Assembly (NCBI GenBank): GCA_035568495.1 | Contig: DATMNZ010000057.1 | Coordinates: forward strand, 11,315 to 75,314 | Direction: 5' to 3' | From: Candidatus Saccharimonadales bacterium | GTDB taxonomy: Bacteria; Acidobacteriota; Terriglobia; Terriglobales; Acidobacteriaceae | DNA length: 64,000 nt | In this document: positions 18,221-26,317 of the stretch, one piece after another | How positions within the stretch are numbered: position 1 is the first letter of the stretch | How the letters are laid out: every line of letters starts with the position of its first letter | Made by a program: the position numbers and the translations under genes | Notes under the pieces: model-generated | Database searches by the model: none | What the model was told of the DNA's origin: nothing | The model's input: the letters and a program-made list of their open reading frames with translations, nothing else

Positions 18221-20287
18221 ATGTCAGAGACCATTCAAATCACGCTTCCTGACGGAAGTAAAAAAGAACTTCCACGAGGCGCCACGCCCTTGGATGTGGC
18301 GAAATCCATCGGCCCCCGGCTGGCGGACGCCGTGTTGGTGGCGAAGATCAAGCCTTCAGCACTCAGCACTCAGCATTCAGCCAGTGAGAGTGGTTTGATC
18401 GCTCCTGCTGCGCAGGATGCAGACAAAGGCCCGGCCTCTATGCATGCCCAGCAGCCCAAGGATGGCTGGCTGTTTGTTGATGTCCTCAAGGCCCTGGAAG
18501 AAGATGTCGAGCTGCGCCTGCTGACGGATAAAGACCCCGAGGCGCTGGAAGTCTACCGGCATTCTTCCGCGCACCTGATGGCTACCGCTGTGCTTGAGCT
18601 GTTCCCGGAAACCAAGCTGGGTCACGGCCCGCCGACTGACAGCGGATTCTTCTACGACTTCTATCGTCCTACGCCGTTTACGCCTGAGGACCTCGAAAAA
18701 ATCGAGCGGCGAATGCAAGAGATCGTGAACCGCGATGAGCAATTTGTGCGCGACTTCGTTCCACGGGAAGAAGGGCTGGCGCGTTTCAAAGCTGAAGGCG
18801 ACTTCATGAAGGTCCACTTCATCGAGCAGTTCACGAAGCCGGGCGACCCCATCGCGCTCTACCGCAACGGCAAATTCGTGGACTTCTGCCGCGGGCCGCA
18901 CATCCCTTCCACCGGACGGATCAAGGCCTTCAAGCTGCTGAGCATCGCCGGCGCTTACTGGCTGGGCGACGAAAAGAACGCGCAGCTTCAGCGCATTTAC
19001 GGCACCTCGTTTCTCAGCAAGAAAGACATGGAGCAGCACCTGGCGGCCATCGAAGAAGCCAAGAAGCGCGACCATCGCGTGCTGGGCAAGCAGCTCGATC
19101 TGTTCAGCATTCAAGAGCTCGCCGGGCCGGGGTTGATCTTCTGGCATCCCAAGGGTGGGTTGATTCGCAAAGAGATGGAAGACTGGATGCGCAATGAGTA
19201 CCTGGCGCGCGGCTACGCGCTGGTGTATACGCCCCACGCCTTCCGTGTGAACCTGTGGAAGACCAGCGGCCACGAGGGCTATTACGCACAGAACATGTTC
19301 ACGCCCATGGAGCTCGACGACGCGGAATACCGCATGAAGCCCATGAACTGTCCCGGACACATCCTGATCTACCGCGATACGCTGCGCTCCTATCGCGATC
19401 TGCCGGTGCGGCTGGGAGAGCTGGGCACCGTCTACCGCTACGAACGTTCGGGAGTCATGCACGGCCTGCTGCGCGTCCGCGGCTTTACCCAGGATGACGC
19501 CCACATCTTCTGCACCCCTGACCAGATCGAAGACGAGATCGTCGGCTGTATGGATTTCGCCATGGCGGTGCTCAAGACTTTTGGTTTCAGCGAATACCAG
19601 GTGGAGCTCAGCACCTGGGACCCGAACGACCGCAAGAATTTTCTGGGAGGCGATGAGAAATGGGAACTCGCCAACCGCTCTCTTGAAAACGCAATGAAGC
19701 GCGGAAATATTCCCTACAAGATCATTCCCGGCGAAGCGGCCTTCTACGGCCCCAAGATCGACGTGAAGCTGGTCGATGCTATCGGGCGCCCCTGGCAGCT
19801 TTGCACCGTGCAGTTTGATTTCAACCTGCCCGACCGCTTCGAGCTGGAATATGTGGCCGAAGACGGTACGCGCAAACAGCCGTTGATGGTGCATCGGGCG
19901 CTATTCGGCTCGGTGGAGCGCTTCTTCGGCGTGTTGATCGAGCACTACGCCGGGGCGTTCCCCATGTGGCTGTCGCCGGTGCAGGTGGCGGTGGTCCCCA
20001 TCAGCGAGAAGCATACGGAGTACGGCCAGAAAGTTAGGCAGGCGCTCAAAGATGCAGGAGTGCGGGTGACGCTCGACGAACGCAATGAAAAGATGAACGC
20101 CAAAGTCCGCGAGCATACGATGCAGAAAGTGCCGTTCTTGCTGGTGGTCGGCGAGAAAGAAGCCGAGGCCGGCACGGTAAACGTCCGCGTGCGCGGCCAA
20201 CAGCAGCCCGAAGGTACGGTGCCGCTGGCGCAGTTTGTGGAACGGGCGAGGAAGTTGATTGCTGAGAAGACGGTAGAGCTTGCTTGA
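18221..20287 (+). CDS. thrS: Threonine--tRNA ligase, with an insertion of about 37 aa in the N-terminal TGS domain
   Basis: MSETIQITLPDGS (TGS), HSSAHLMA editing-domain motif and class II motifs (FRVNLWKTSGH, RYERSGVMHGLLRVRGFTQDDAHIF, GAFPMWLSP). ATG at 18221. Confidence 0.95.
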   Translation: MSETIQITLPDGSKKELPRGATPLDVAKSIGPRLADAVLVAKIKPSALSTQHSASESGLIAPAAQDADKGPASMHAQQPKDGWLFVDVLKALEEDVELRLLTDKDPEALEVYRHSSAHLMATAVLELFPETKLGHGPPTDSGFFYDFYRPTPFTPEDLEKIERRMQEIVNRDEQFVRDFVPREEGLARFKAEGDFMKVHFIEQFTKPGDPIALYRNGKFVDFCRGPHIPSTGRIKAFKLLSIAGAYWLGDEKNAQLQRIYGTSFLSKKDMEQHLAAIEEAKKRDHRVLGKQLDLFSIQELAGPGLIFWHPKGGLIRKEMEDWMRNEYLARGYALVYTPHAFRVNLWKTSGHEGYYAQNMFTPMELDDAEYRMKPMNCPGHILIYRDTLRSYRDLPVRLGELGTVYRYERSGVMHGLLRVRGFTQDDAHIFCTPDQIEDEIVGCMDFAMAVLKTFGFSEYQVELSTWDPNDRKNFLGGDEKWELANRSLENAMKRGNIPYKIIPGEAAFYGPKIDVKLVDAIGRPWQLCTVQFDFNLPDRFELEYVAEDGTRKQPLMVHRALFGSVERFFGVLIEHYAGAFPMWLSPVQVAVVPISEKHTEYGQKVRQALKDAGVRVTLDERNEKMNAKVREHTMQKVPFLLVVGEKEAEAGTVNVRVRGQQQPEGTVPLAQFVERARKLIAEKTVELA

Positions 20288-20326
20288 GATTGGTAATTGC
20301 CAAAATCCCGAGACCAAAAACCAAAA

Positions 20327-20602
20327 CCTTTGAAACACAGAGGAACAGAGGCAGCAGAGGTTTTTTAGGGATGTGAAGCGGGGTTAAAACTATCGCGAAA
20401 GATTTTGAGGAAACAAGGGAACAGCGGAGGGGAATTGGGGCTATGAATCCTGAGGCATCTGTATCCCTTTTCTGTGCGTTTGAAGGAATGATTTGATTCA
20501 GACCGCGTGAACCAACCGATACCGTCCCCCGCGCACGGTGCTCTATGAACAGCCTCACAACCCCAAAACCTCTGTTGCCTCTGTTCCTCTGTGTTTCAAA
20601 GG
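20327..20602. mobile_element. MITE-like element of the same CCTCTGTTCC...TTTCAAAGG family (about 276 bp)
   Basis: Left end cctttgaaacacagaggaacagaggcagcagagg (20327-20360). Right end cctcacaaccccaaaacctctgttgcctctgttcctctgtgtttcaaagg (20552-20602). A GGTAATTGCCAAAAT-type repeat lies at 20289-20326. Confidence 0.8.
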
Positions 20603-20621
20603 TTTTTATGAAAGCTTAGAA

Positions 20622-21344
20622 ATGTCATCCAGTTTTCCCGGGTTTCCCCCTGCCGCTCTTACTTTTCTGCGCAGCCTCACGCGCAACAATCGCCGTTCGT
20701 GGTTTCAGCCGCGCAAAGAGCAGTATGAATCGCTTATCAAGCTGCCCATGCTGGAGCTGGTGGCGGCCCTGAACGAGGAGTTTTTGCGCTTCGCGCCCCA
20801 ATATGCAACGCCACCGCAGAAGGCCATCTACCGCATTTACCGCGATACGCGTTTTTCCAATGACAAGACGCCCTACAAGACGCACATCGCCGGCATCTTT
20901 CCCCGGGAGACGGCGGTCAAACGCGAGGGGGCGGTGTTCTACTTTCATTTCACCGCCAAGGAACTGCTGGTATTCGGCGGCGTCTACATGCCGGAACGGG
21001 AAGAGCTGCTGGCGTATCGCGGCTTGATTCGCGATCAGTATGAAGAACTAGAGAAGATCCTCAAGGGTAAGGCCCTGCGCCGCGCGTTCGGCGTGGGCGC
21101 TCTTCAGGGCGAGCAGCTTACACGGATGCCCAAGGGATTTCCGGTGGACCATCCGGCGGAAGGCTTGCTGCGGCAAAAGCAGTGGTACCTGGAAGGATCT
21201 CTCGACCTGCGGCTTTTGACCTCGCCCCGGCTGGCGCAGGAGCTGGCCCGGCACTTCGAGATCATGGCGCCGTTCGTGGGATTCATGAACCGTCCGTTTG
21301 TGGGAAAGAAAAAGGCGGCCAGAATGCCGTTCATGGCTTTTTAG
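20622..21344 (+). CDS. DUF2461 (TIGR02453) family protein
   Basis: FPGFPPAALTFLRSLTRNNRRSWFQPRKEQYE and YRIYRDTRFSNDKTPYKTH match the family as I remember it. Start moved to the ATG at 20622 because upstream codons read through the repeat. Confidence 0.8.
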   Translation: MSSSFPGFPPAALTFLRSLTRNNRRSWFQPRKEQYESLIKLPMLELVAALNEEFLRFAPQYATPPQKAIYRIYRDTRFSNDKTPYKTHIAGIFPRETAVKREGAVFYFHFTAKELLVFGGVYMPEREELLAYRGLIRDQYEELEKILKGKALRRAFGVGALQGEQLTRMPKGFPVDHPAEGLLRQKQWYLEGSLDLRLLTSPRLAQELARHFEIMAPFVGFMNRPFVGKKKAARMPFMAF

Positions 21345-21478
21345 GAGAAGAGTAAGGACGGTGGTTGATCTTCGGCTTTGTTACTTGATGTGCGGGATGT
21401 TCGGTACTTGATACGCTGTGGACATCCAATCTACAAGGTGGTTACTCTAATTCCGTTCGAGGAAGGAACCTGCAAGGT

Positions 21479-22354
21479 ATGAGATCAATTCCAGAACGCT
21501 TCGTAACATCTTGGTTGGTCGTTCTTGCTCTGCTGGCGGCTGCTATCTCGCCGTACCAGCAGTCAGTTGAAAAGTGGCGGCAGGACTACGAAGCCACACT
21601 GAAAAGTGACGACGGCTGGCTCACGGTGGCCGGGCTTTTCTGGCTGCATGAAGGTGAGAACCGCTTCGGCTCCGGTCCCTGGAACGACATTGTGCTGCCG
21701 GGTGGGACGGCGCCCGCAGTGGCCGGCCACTTTGATCTGCACGCAGGCAAGGCGGTGGTCCACGTGAATCCCGGTGTGCCGATCACCATGAATGGAAAAA
21801 CTGTCGAGGAGGTGGAACTGCCGGCTGACTCAAGGCAGCACCGGCTCGTCATGGGCGATCTGGTCCTCTATGTCCACGCCAGCGGTGAGCGCTTAGCCAT
21901 CCGCATGAAGGACAAGAACAGCAGGCTGCGTAAGGAATTTGCAGGGCTGCATTGGTATCCGGTCAACGAAGCCTACCGGTTCCAGGCGCGTTACGTGCCT
22001 TATGGTTCGCTCCGTCCGGTCCAGATTCAAAATGTACTCGGGGACACGGAAAAGATTTCGATGGCCGGATATATCTCGTTCCAGCTCAACGGACAAGAAT
22101 ACCGGCTGGATGCGGAAAAGAAAGACTCCGGCAGCCTGTTCATAGTCTTCCGGGACCTCACCAGCAGCAAGGACACATACGCGGCGGCGCGCTTCCTGGA
22201 TACCGACCCGCCGATGAAGGGCGTCGTCGAAGTTGATTTCAACAAAGCCTACAATCCGCCGTGCGCGTACAACCCGTTCACGACGTGTCCGCTGCCCTCG
22301 CCGGGGAACCGTCTGCGCGTGGAGATTCCTGCAGGAGAAAAGAGGTATCACTAA
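21479..22354 (+). CDS. DUF1684 domain-containing protein (secreted)
   Basis: N-terminal hydrophobic signal. The C-terminal motif AYNPPCAYNPFTTCPLPSPGNRLRVEIPAGEKRY is characteristic of DUF1684. Confidence 0.8.
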   Translation: MRSIPERFVTSWLVVLALLAAAISPYQQSVEKWRQDYEATLKSDDGWLTVAGLFWLHEGENRFGSGPWNDIVLPGGTAPAVAGHFDLHAGKAVVHVNPGVPITMNGKTVEEVELPADSRQHRLVMGDLVLYVHASGERLAIRMKDKNSRLRKEFAGLHWYPVNEAYRFQARYVPYGSLRPVQIQNVLGDTEKISMAGYISFQLNGQEYRLDAEKKDSGSLFIVFRDLTSSKDTYAAARFLDTDPPMKGVVEVDFNKAYNPPCAYNPFTTCPLPSPGNRLRVEIPAGEKRYH

Positions 22355-22357
22355 CTT

Positions 22358-22772
22358 TGCTGATGCTGTCGCTGGCCGGTGTCGCCGCAGGCGGGCTGAT
22401 CAGCATCGTTGTGGCGAAGGCGATATCCGCGGGGTTCGCCGGACTGGGCAAGCCCCAATACAGTCCACTTAAGGTGATCGAGTCAGCCAATTGCACGATA
22501 CGCCAGCGCCGGAGGCGCGATGAGAGGTTAGCCCAACGCGCAAGCGTTGGGAAAGGCAGGGGAGAGGATCAAAGCCCCTTCCAGGGGCGGCAGAGGAATG
22601 TTGGCAACGTAGGTCCACCTTCCCCTTAAGTGAACTGTATTGGGGCAAGCCAAACCTGGCGACGTTCATCGTGGTGCCGGCTTCAGTTCTGGCGGTAACG
22701 ATGATCGCCTGTTGGCGCCCGTGCGGCGCCCAGCAAGAGGTGACCCCATCCAAGGCGCTACGGTTCGAATAG
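22358..22772 (+). pseudogene. 3'-terminal remnant of an FtsX/ADOP-type ABC permease gene, interrupted by a small inverted-repeat insertion
   Basis: LLMLSLAGVAAGGLISIVVAKAISAGFAGLGKP ... NLATFIVVPASVLAVTMIACWRPCGAQQEVTPSKALRFE* resembles the last two TM helices and the ...DPMVALRYE tail of acidobacterial duplicated orphan permeases. There is no N-terminal part and no start codon. Confidence 0.6.
22446..22651. mobile_element. Small inverted-repeat insertion inside the permease remnant
   Basis: The ends ccccaatacagtccacttaagg (22453-22473) and ccttaagtgaactgtattgggg (22624-22644) are reverse complements. There is an internal hairpin cccaacgc-gcaa-gcgttggg. Confidence 0.55.
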
Positions 22773-22851
22773 TGGGCGCCTGACGCGGAGGGTTTTCTTT
22801 GGTAATGCGGAAAAGCTCGCTTGGCCTGAAATTATTCAAATGCCGTATATT

Positions 22852-24336
22852 TTAGAAATTGAGGATGCGTGGCTCTGGCCAGTGTTCAGGTGCCGCTACA
22901 AGCGTGTATGCGGCCGCTTGGGCAGAATGACCGATTAGGGTCTCACAGTAGCAGCCCGGCTTAGATCTGGCGTCGAAGCCGACGAACCCAAAGTTCTGAG
23001 ACAAGATGTCGAATTGTATGAAGTTTCGTGGCGGAGAGAATGTCCCGGTCAACCACCCAATACCGTAGCTCGCCACCATGGCACCTGCTAATGAGGTGAA
23101 GTGACCTACCGTCGGGAGGCCAGGTACATCGCGCCAGTAGGGTGCAGCCACCTCGCCTCGCTCAACTGCCGCCCAGGCTTCTTCACGCCGACGTTTTTTC
23201 TCTTCTTCGGGCATGAGCTCAACCGCCGCGGCCCATGGATCGACGAGATCTAAACAGTATGCACAAGGCAGACCTGGTGCGTACACCGTGATTTGACCAA
23301 CTTCATGGTTGACTGCCCCTTCTTGCCCTTCGAGAAGCACTCCAACATCGAGCGAGGGGACAAGGTATCTGAAGGCGAGCTCTGCGGCTGCCACGCGACT
23401 GTAGTTCGTGTCGGTGCAGCAGAGCAGGAGATCGGCAGTGACAATATGGTCGCGCACGAGTGGTTGGACGATGTTCCCGACAATCGCAATCACTTCCGCA
23501 GCCGGATTGATTCTGAGAATCAGTTCTCGAAGGGTTTCTACTTTGAACGGGTATGGCTCTTCCACAAAATGTTTGGCATAACTGCCATGCACCCGTTCCA
23601 AATTTGATTTCTCGAGCCTTTCCGGGTCAACGAGTATGAACCGGCCCACGCCAGCACGAGCTAACACATTGGCCGCGGGGGCGCCAGTGCCGCTGCAGCC
23701 TGCTATGACAACCGTCGAGTTAAGAAGGCGGGTGGCCGCCGGCTCCCCGTACAAACGACGCAGCCGTTCGCGATATTCAGGGTCATTAATGCGTTTGGGA
23801 ACCTTTGAATCTCTCTTAATCTGGCTAGGTGAGACAGTGATAAGTTCCTGCACTGCGTAAATGCGGCCTTCAATCCAGCCACGGCCAGATAAGCTAAAAT
23901 TCCCATTCCTGTCCATACTGACGATCAGGCTGAAATAGATCCTTGCCTTGGAGAACCCGCTGAAATAATCGCGGTAGTAATCATCCATGTCATCGTCTAA
24001 TGAACTCGGCAGCACTGGAACGCCCTGTGGGTGAGAATGAATCACGCCAATAAAAATGTCAGAAGTTCTCAGGAACATGGCCGCTCGGACTCTGTATTGT
24101 TCGTGGAACTCCACTATTGGAATGTCCGGGTTCAGGTCGCCAGGCCGCGGTGCCAGCACATCTGCAATGGTGATCACGCATTCTTGCGCTGATTCGTGCA
24201 CGCCGAAAACGATGAACGTGGCCCACTCCTTCGTGGGATACCGAGAGAACAGCAGCGACTCCATCTGCGTGCGCACTGTCCCGGTCATCCTTACGATTGC
24301 GGGTCGAGCATTATCCTTTACTGTTTTGTAAGCCAT
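22852..24336 (-). CDS. JAB/JAMM metalloisopeptidase - E1-like (ThiF/MoeB-type adenylyltransferase) fusion protein
   Basis: The N-terminal about 165 aa carry an upstream Glu (TKEWATFIVFGVHES) and the JAMM motif HSHPQGVPVLPSSLDDD (H-x-H-x7-S-x2-D). The C-terminal E1 domain has the nucleotide loop VVIAGCSGTGAPAANVLARAGVG, LVDPERLEKSNLERV, CCTDTNYSR, PCAYC and a distal CYC. Confidence 0.85.
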   Translation of the reverse strand: MAYKTVKDNARPAIVRMTGTVRTQMESLLFSRYPTKEWATFIVFGVHESAQECVITIADVLAPRPGDLNPDIPIVEFHEQYRVRAAMFLRTSDIFIGVIHSHPQGVPVLPSSLDDDMDDYYRDYFSGFSKARIYFSLIVSMDRNGNFSLSGRGWIEGRIYAVQELITVSPSQIKRDSKVPKRINDPEYRERLRRLYGEPAATRLLNSTVVIAGCSGTGAPAANVLARAGVGRFILVDPERLEKSNLERVHGSYAKHFVEEPYPFKVETLRELILRINPAAEVIAIVGNIVQPLVRDHIVTADLLLCCTDTNYSRVAAAELAFRYLVPSLDVGVLLEGQEGAVNHEVGQITVYAPGLPCAYCLDLVDPWAAAVELMPEEEKKRRREEAWAAVERGEVAAPYWRDVPGLPTVGHFTSLAGAMVASYGIGWLTGTFSPPRNFIQFDILSQNFGFVGFDARSKPGCYCETLIGHSAQAAAYTLVAAPEHWPEPRILNF

Positions 24337-24701
24337 GCCAGTACCTCATCGACATAGGTGTGGAAGCCGTGGATGCGAGGATCCCAAGTTGGGCCGCCAC
24401 CGCCGTTATGAGGGTGGTAACTGACTCTTGTCCATGCGCGATCTCCGAACTGTACGTTTTCTTGGACAGCTCCTGGGACCCTGCCTTTAAGGGGGGAGTC
24501 CGACGGTAAGAATGCATAATCAAGCATGGCCTGCGGGTAACCAGAGGGTACCGGCACCAGGACATCTGTTCTCTCGACCAGTCCCAATGTGGAAGGCAGA
24601 CCGGTGTAAATGACCGCGTCGGGGCTTTCAAGCAGCTGAGCACTCCACGATAGCAGTGAAAGCTCACTGAGAATTCGTGCTTTCGCTTCGGAATTCACCA
24701 C
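24318..24701 (-). CDS. Prokaryotic E2/UBC-like protein (resembles Prok-E2 family E), containing no cysteine
   Basis: The GTG start overlaps the Ubl stop (GTGGTGA), and the 3' end overlaps the JAB-E1 start by 19 nt. VLVPVPSGYPQAMLDYAFL and WTRVSYHP...W resemble the remembered Prok-E2_E pattern. The 127-aa sequence has zero Cys residues. Confidence 0.6.
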   Translation of the reverse strand: MVNSEAKARILSELSLLSWSAQLLESPDAVIYTGLPSTLGLVERTDVLVPVPSGYPQAMLDYAFLPSDSPLKGRVPGAVQENVQFGDRAWTRVSYHPHNGGGGPTWDPRIHGFHTYVDEVLAWLTKQ

Positions 24702-24934
24702 CAGCCACCCTTCACGCCGTTACGGGTCACCAAAAAGTGGTCACCATTCTTAATCTCGACTACGCCGGTCAGCGGGTCGCCAGCCTGGCCAGATTCGCCC
24801 AGTTCCCGGCGAACCGTTGCCGTCTCACCGGTCAGACTCGCAAGTCGGGCGATTGCGTCAACTGTCATGCGGCTCGTAACACCGTCTGCCTCTGTCTTTT
24901 TCTTTCCGTTTACAAAAATGATTAAATGATCCAT
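24695..24934 (-). CDS. Small ubiquitin-like (beta-grasp, Multiubiquitin-domain-like) protein ending in GG-WW
   Basis: 79 aa: MDHLIIFVNGKKK...VVEIKNGDHFLVTRNGVKGGWW*. A strong SD AAGGAGG lies 9 nt upstream of the ATG at 24934. It is the first gene of the overlapping three-gene operon. Confidence 0.7.
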   Translation of the reverse strand: MDHLIIFVNGKKKTEADGVTSRMTVDAIARLASLTGETATVRRELGESGQAGDPLTGVVEIKNGDHFLVTRNGVKGGWW

Positions 24935-24975
24935 GGCTTCTGGCCTCCTTTGTTCTTGGTTCTTTCCCGGAACTC

Positions 24976-24990
24976 CCACATTTGATGTGG
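24976..24990. promoter_or_regulatory. Candidate operator palindrome in the divergent intergenic region
   Basis: CCACAT-ttg-ATGTGG, about 40 nt upstream of the Ubl start, within the 317-bp region shared with the divergent sigma-like operon. Confidence 0.25.
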
Positions 24991-25251
24991 AGAGCAAGCG
25001 AAATTTGTTTGTATGTCTGTTATGCGGGTGCGAGCGGACTTTTTGGCCATTTGTGACCCCAAACCGCCGCTCTGCCGTGTTCCCAGTCGGAGCGCCCGCT
25101 GCAGTGTTTGACGGCAAAAGTTTTTGAAGGAAACGGCTAAAAATAGGACCCTGGCCCGCATAAGAAATGGGACTGCGCAAGTAAGGCTTTTGAGAAACAC
25201 CGGCCAATTCCAGGCGGGTTAGCCGCATCCCGAGAGGTACGGGTAAAAGAC

Positions 25252-25869
25252 GTGCAACAAGACACTTTTAGCAGCTTGAATCGCCGGCTGACGGCATTCG
25301 CGTTGCGGCTCTTCACGGAACATGGCATGCCCGGCGCGGGCGCTGTGATACCTGGTACCGGAATGTCAGCCGAAGATCTCGTCGGGAAGATTCTTGTTGA
25401 GTATTGCGAAGGCAAGATCACGCATCACCCGTCAAGAGGTTCCCTCATAACGCTGCTCTGCACAGGAATTCGCAATGACTTGTACGATGCTCTTTCAAAG
25501 GCATCTCACGACAAAGAGACGGTGCCTGATGAACGCGATGAGAAAGCTGATGATGACCATTCGGGCGACAAGAGCCTGGCTGCACACCCTGACCCAAATG
25601 TTGCGGATCCAGTCGTTGGGCTTGACGAACAGAGGTACCAGGAACACGTGCTCAGCTATTTTGAGGACGAATCTGAGCTGAGAGAGGTCTGCGAAGCGGT
25701 TTTTGATGTTGACCTTCACAAGCCCTCCGAAATCGCTAATTGTCTTGACATTTCGGTTGATGAATTTCACAACCGCAAAAAAAGATTAAGACTCCGTTTA
25801 TGTAAATACGGCATAGTCAGGTTGGATAAGAATGCAAAAGAAGCTCAACCCACGCGAAGTAAGAAATAA
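25252..25869 (+). CDS. ECF-like sigma-70 family protein (putative)
   Basis: Region-2-like segment (SAEDLVGKILVEYCEG...LITLLCTGIRNDLYDALSK), an acidic linker, and a region-4-like HTH (KPSEIANCLDISVDEFHNRKKRLRLRL). GTG start. Confidence 0.5.
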   Translation: MQQDTFSSLNRRLTAFALRLFTEHGMPGAGAVIPGTGMSAEDLVGKILVEYCEGKITHHPSRGSLITLLCTGIRNDLYDALSKASHDKETVPDERDEKADDDHSGDKSLAAHPDPNVADPVVGLDEQRYQEHVLSYFEDESELREVCEAVFDVDLHKPSEIANCLDISVDEFHNRKKRLRLRLCKYGIVRLDKNAKEAQPTRSKK

Positions 25870-26317
25870 GCTAATTAGGCTTTCAGAAGCTCTGTTTGGT
25901 GAGCCGGCAGAAGTAGACGAAGGTGAAGCGGAAGAGCTACTTGCTGCCGCGGGTATTGATGCATCCGAGCTGGACGCCAGGATGTATTCACGACTAAACA
26001 CAACAGCCCAACGCTATTGGACGAAACAACAGTCAGTTCCTCCTCTTCTCAAGCAGGCACTGGAAGAGCTGCGCCCTGCGAGCGCCCCGGCACGCAATGA
26101 AAAAGAACTTGCGATACAAGCAAAGTCTCTTATTGAAAGGCTTGTGGAGACGGCGAAGCTGGTCCCTGCGCTAGCTAAATATCAAACTCCGAGATTCGCA
26201 ACTCTGTACAGAAACAAAGGGCAGATCACTGAATCAGACAAAGACTTAATCGACAAGGCGAAATCTGAGATCGAAGACAAGCTCCGGAAGATGGGGGAAG
26301 AGGGAAATGAGCCTTAA
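25832..26317 (+). CDS. Hypothetical helical protein (candidate anti-sigma or adaptor)
   Basis: 161-aa ORF overlapping the sigma-like gene by 38 nt and the ImmA gene by 11 nt. Predicted all-helical and acidic. No family recognised. Confidence 0.5.
   Translation: MQKKLNPREVRNKLIRLSEALFGEPAEVDEGEAEELLAAAGIDASELDARMYSRLNTTAQRYWTKQQSVPPLLKQALEELRPASAPARNEKELAIQAKSLIERLVETAKLVPALAKYQTPRFATLYRNKGQITESDKDLIDKAKSEIEDKLRKMGEEGNEP

Noticed and set aside
22261-22629. 122-aa ORF downstream of the DUF1684 gene as a real gene.
   Set aside because: It reads from a permease C-terminal remnant straight into a small inverted-repeat insertion. There is no plausible start context, so it is treated as pseudogene plus repeat.
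24695-25228. The full 177-aa version of the ORF containing the Ubl.
   Set aside because: The upstream 98 codons are low-complexity and run through the divergent promoter region. A strong AAGGAGG SD sits 9 nt before the internal ATG at 24934, giving a 79-aa beta-grasp-sized protein.
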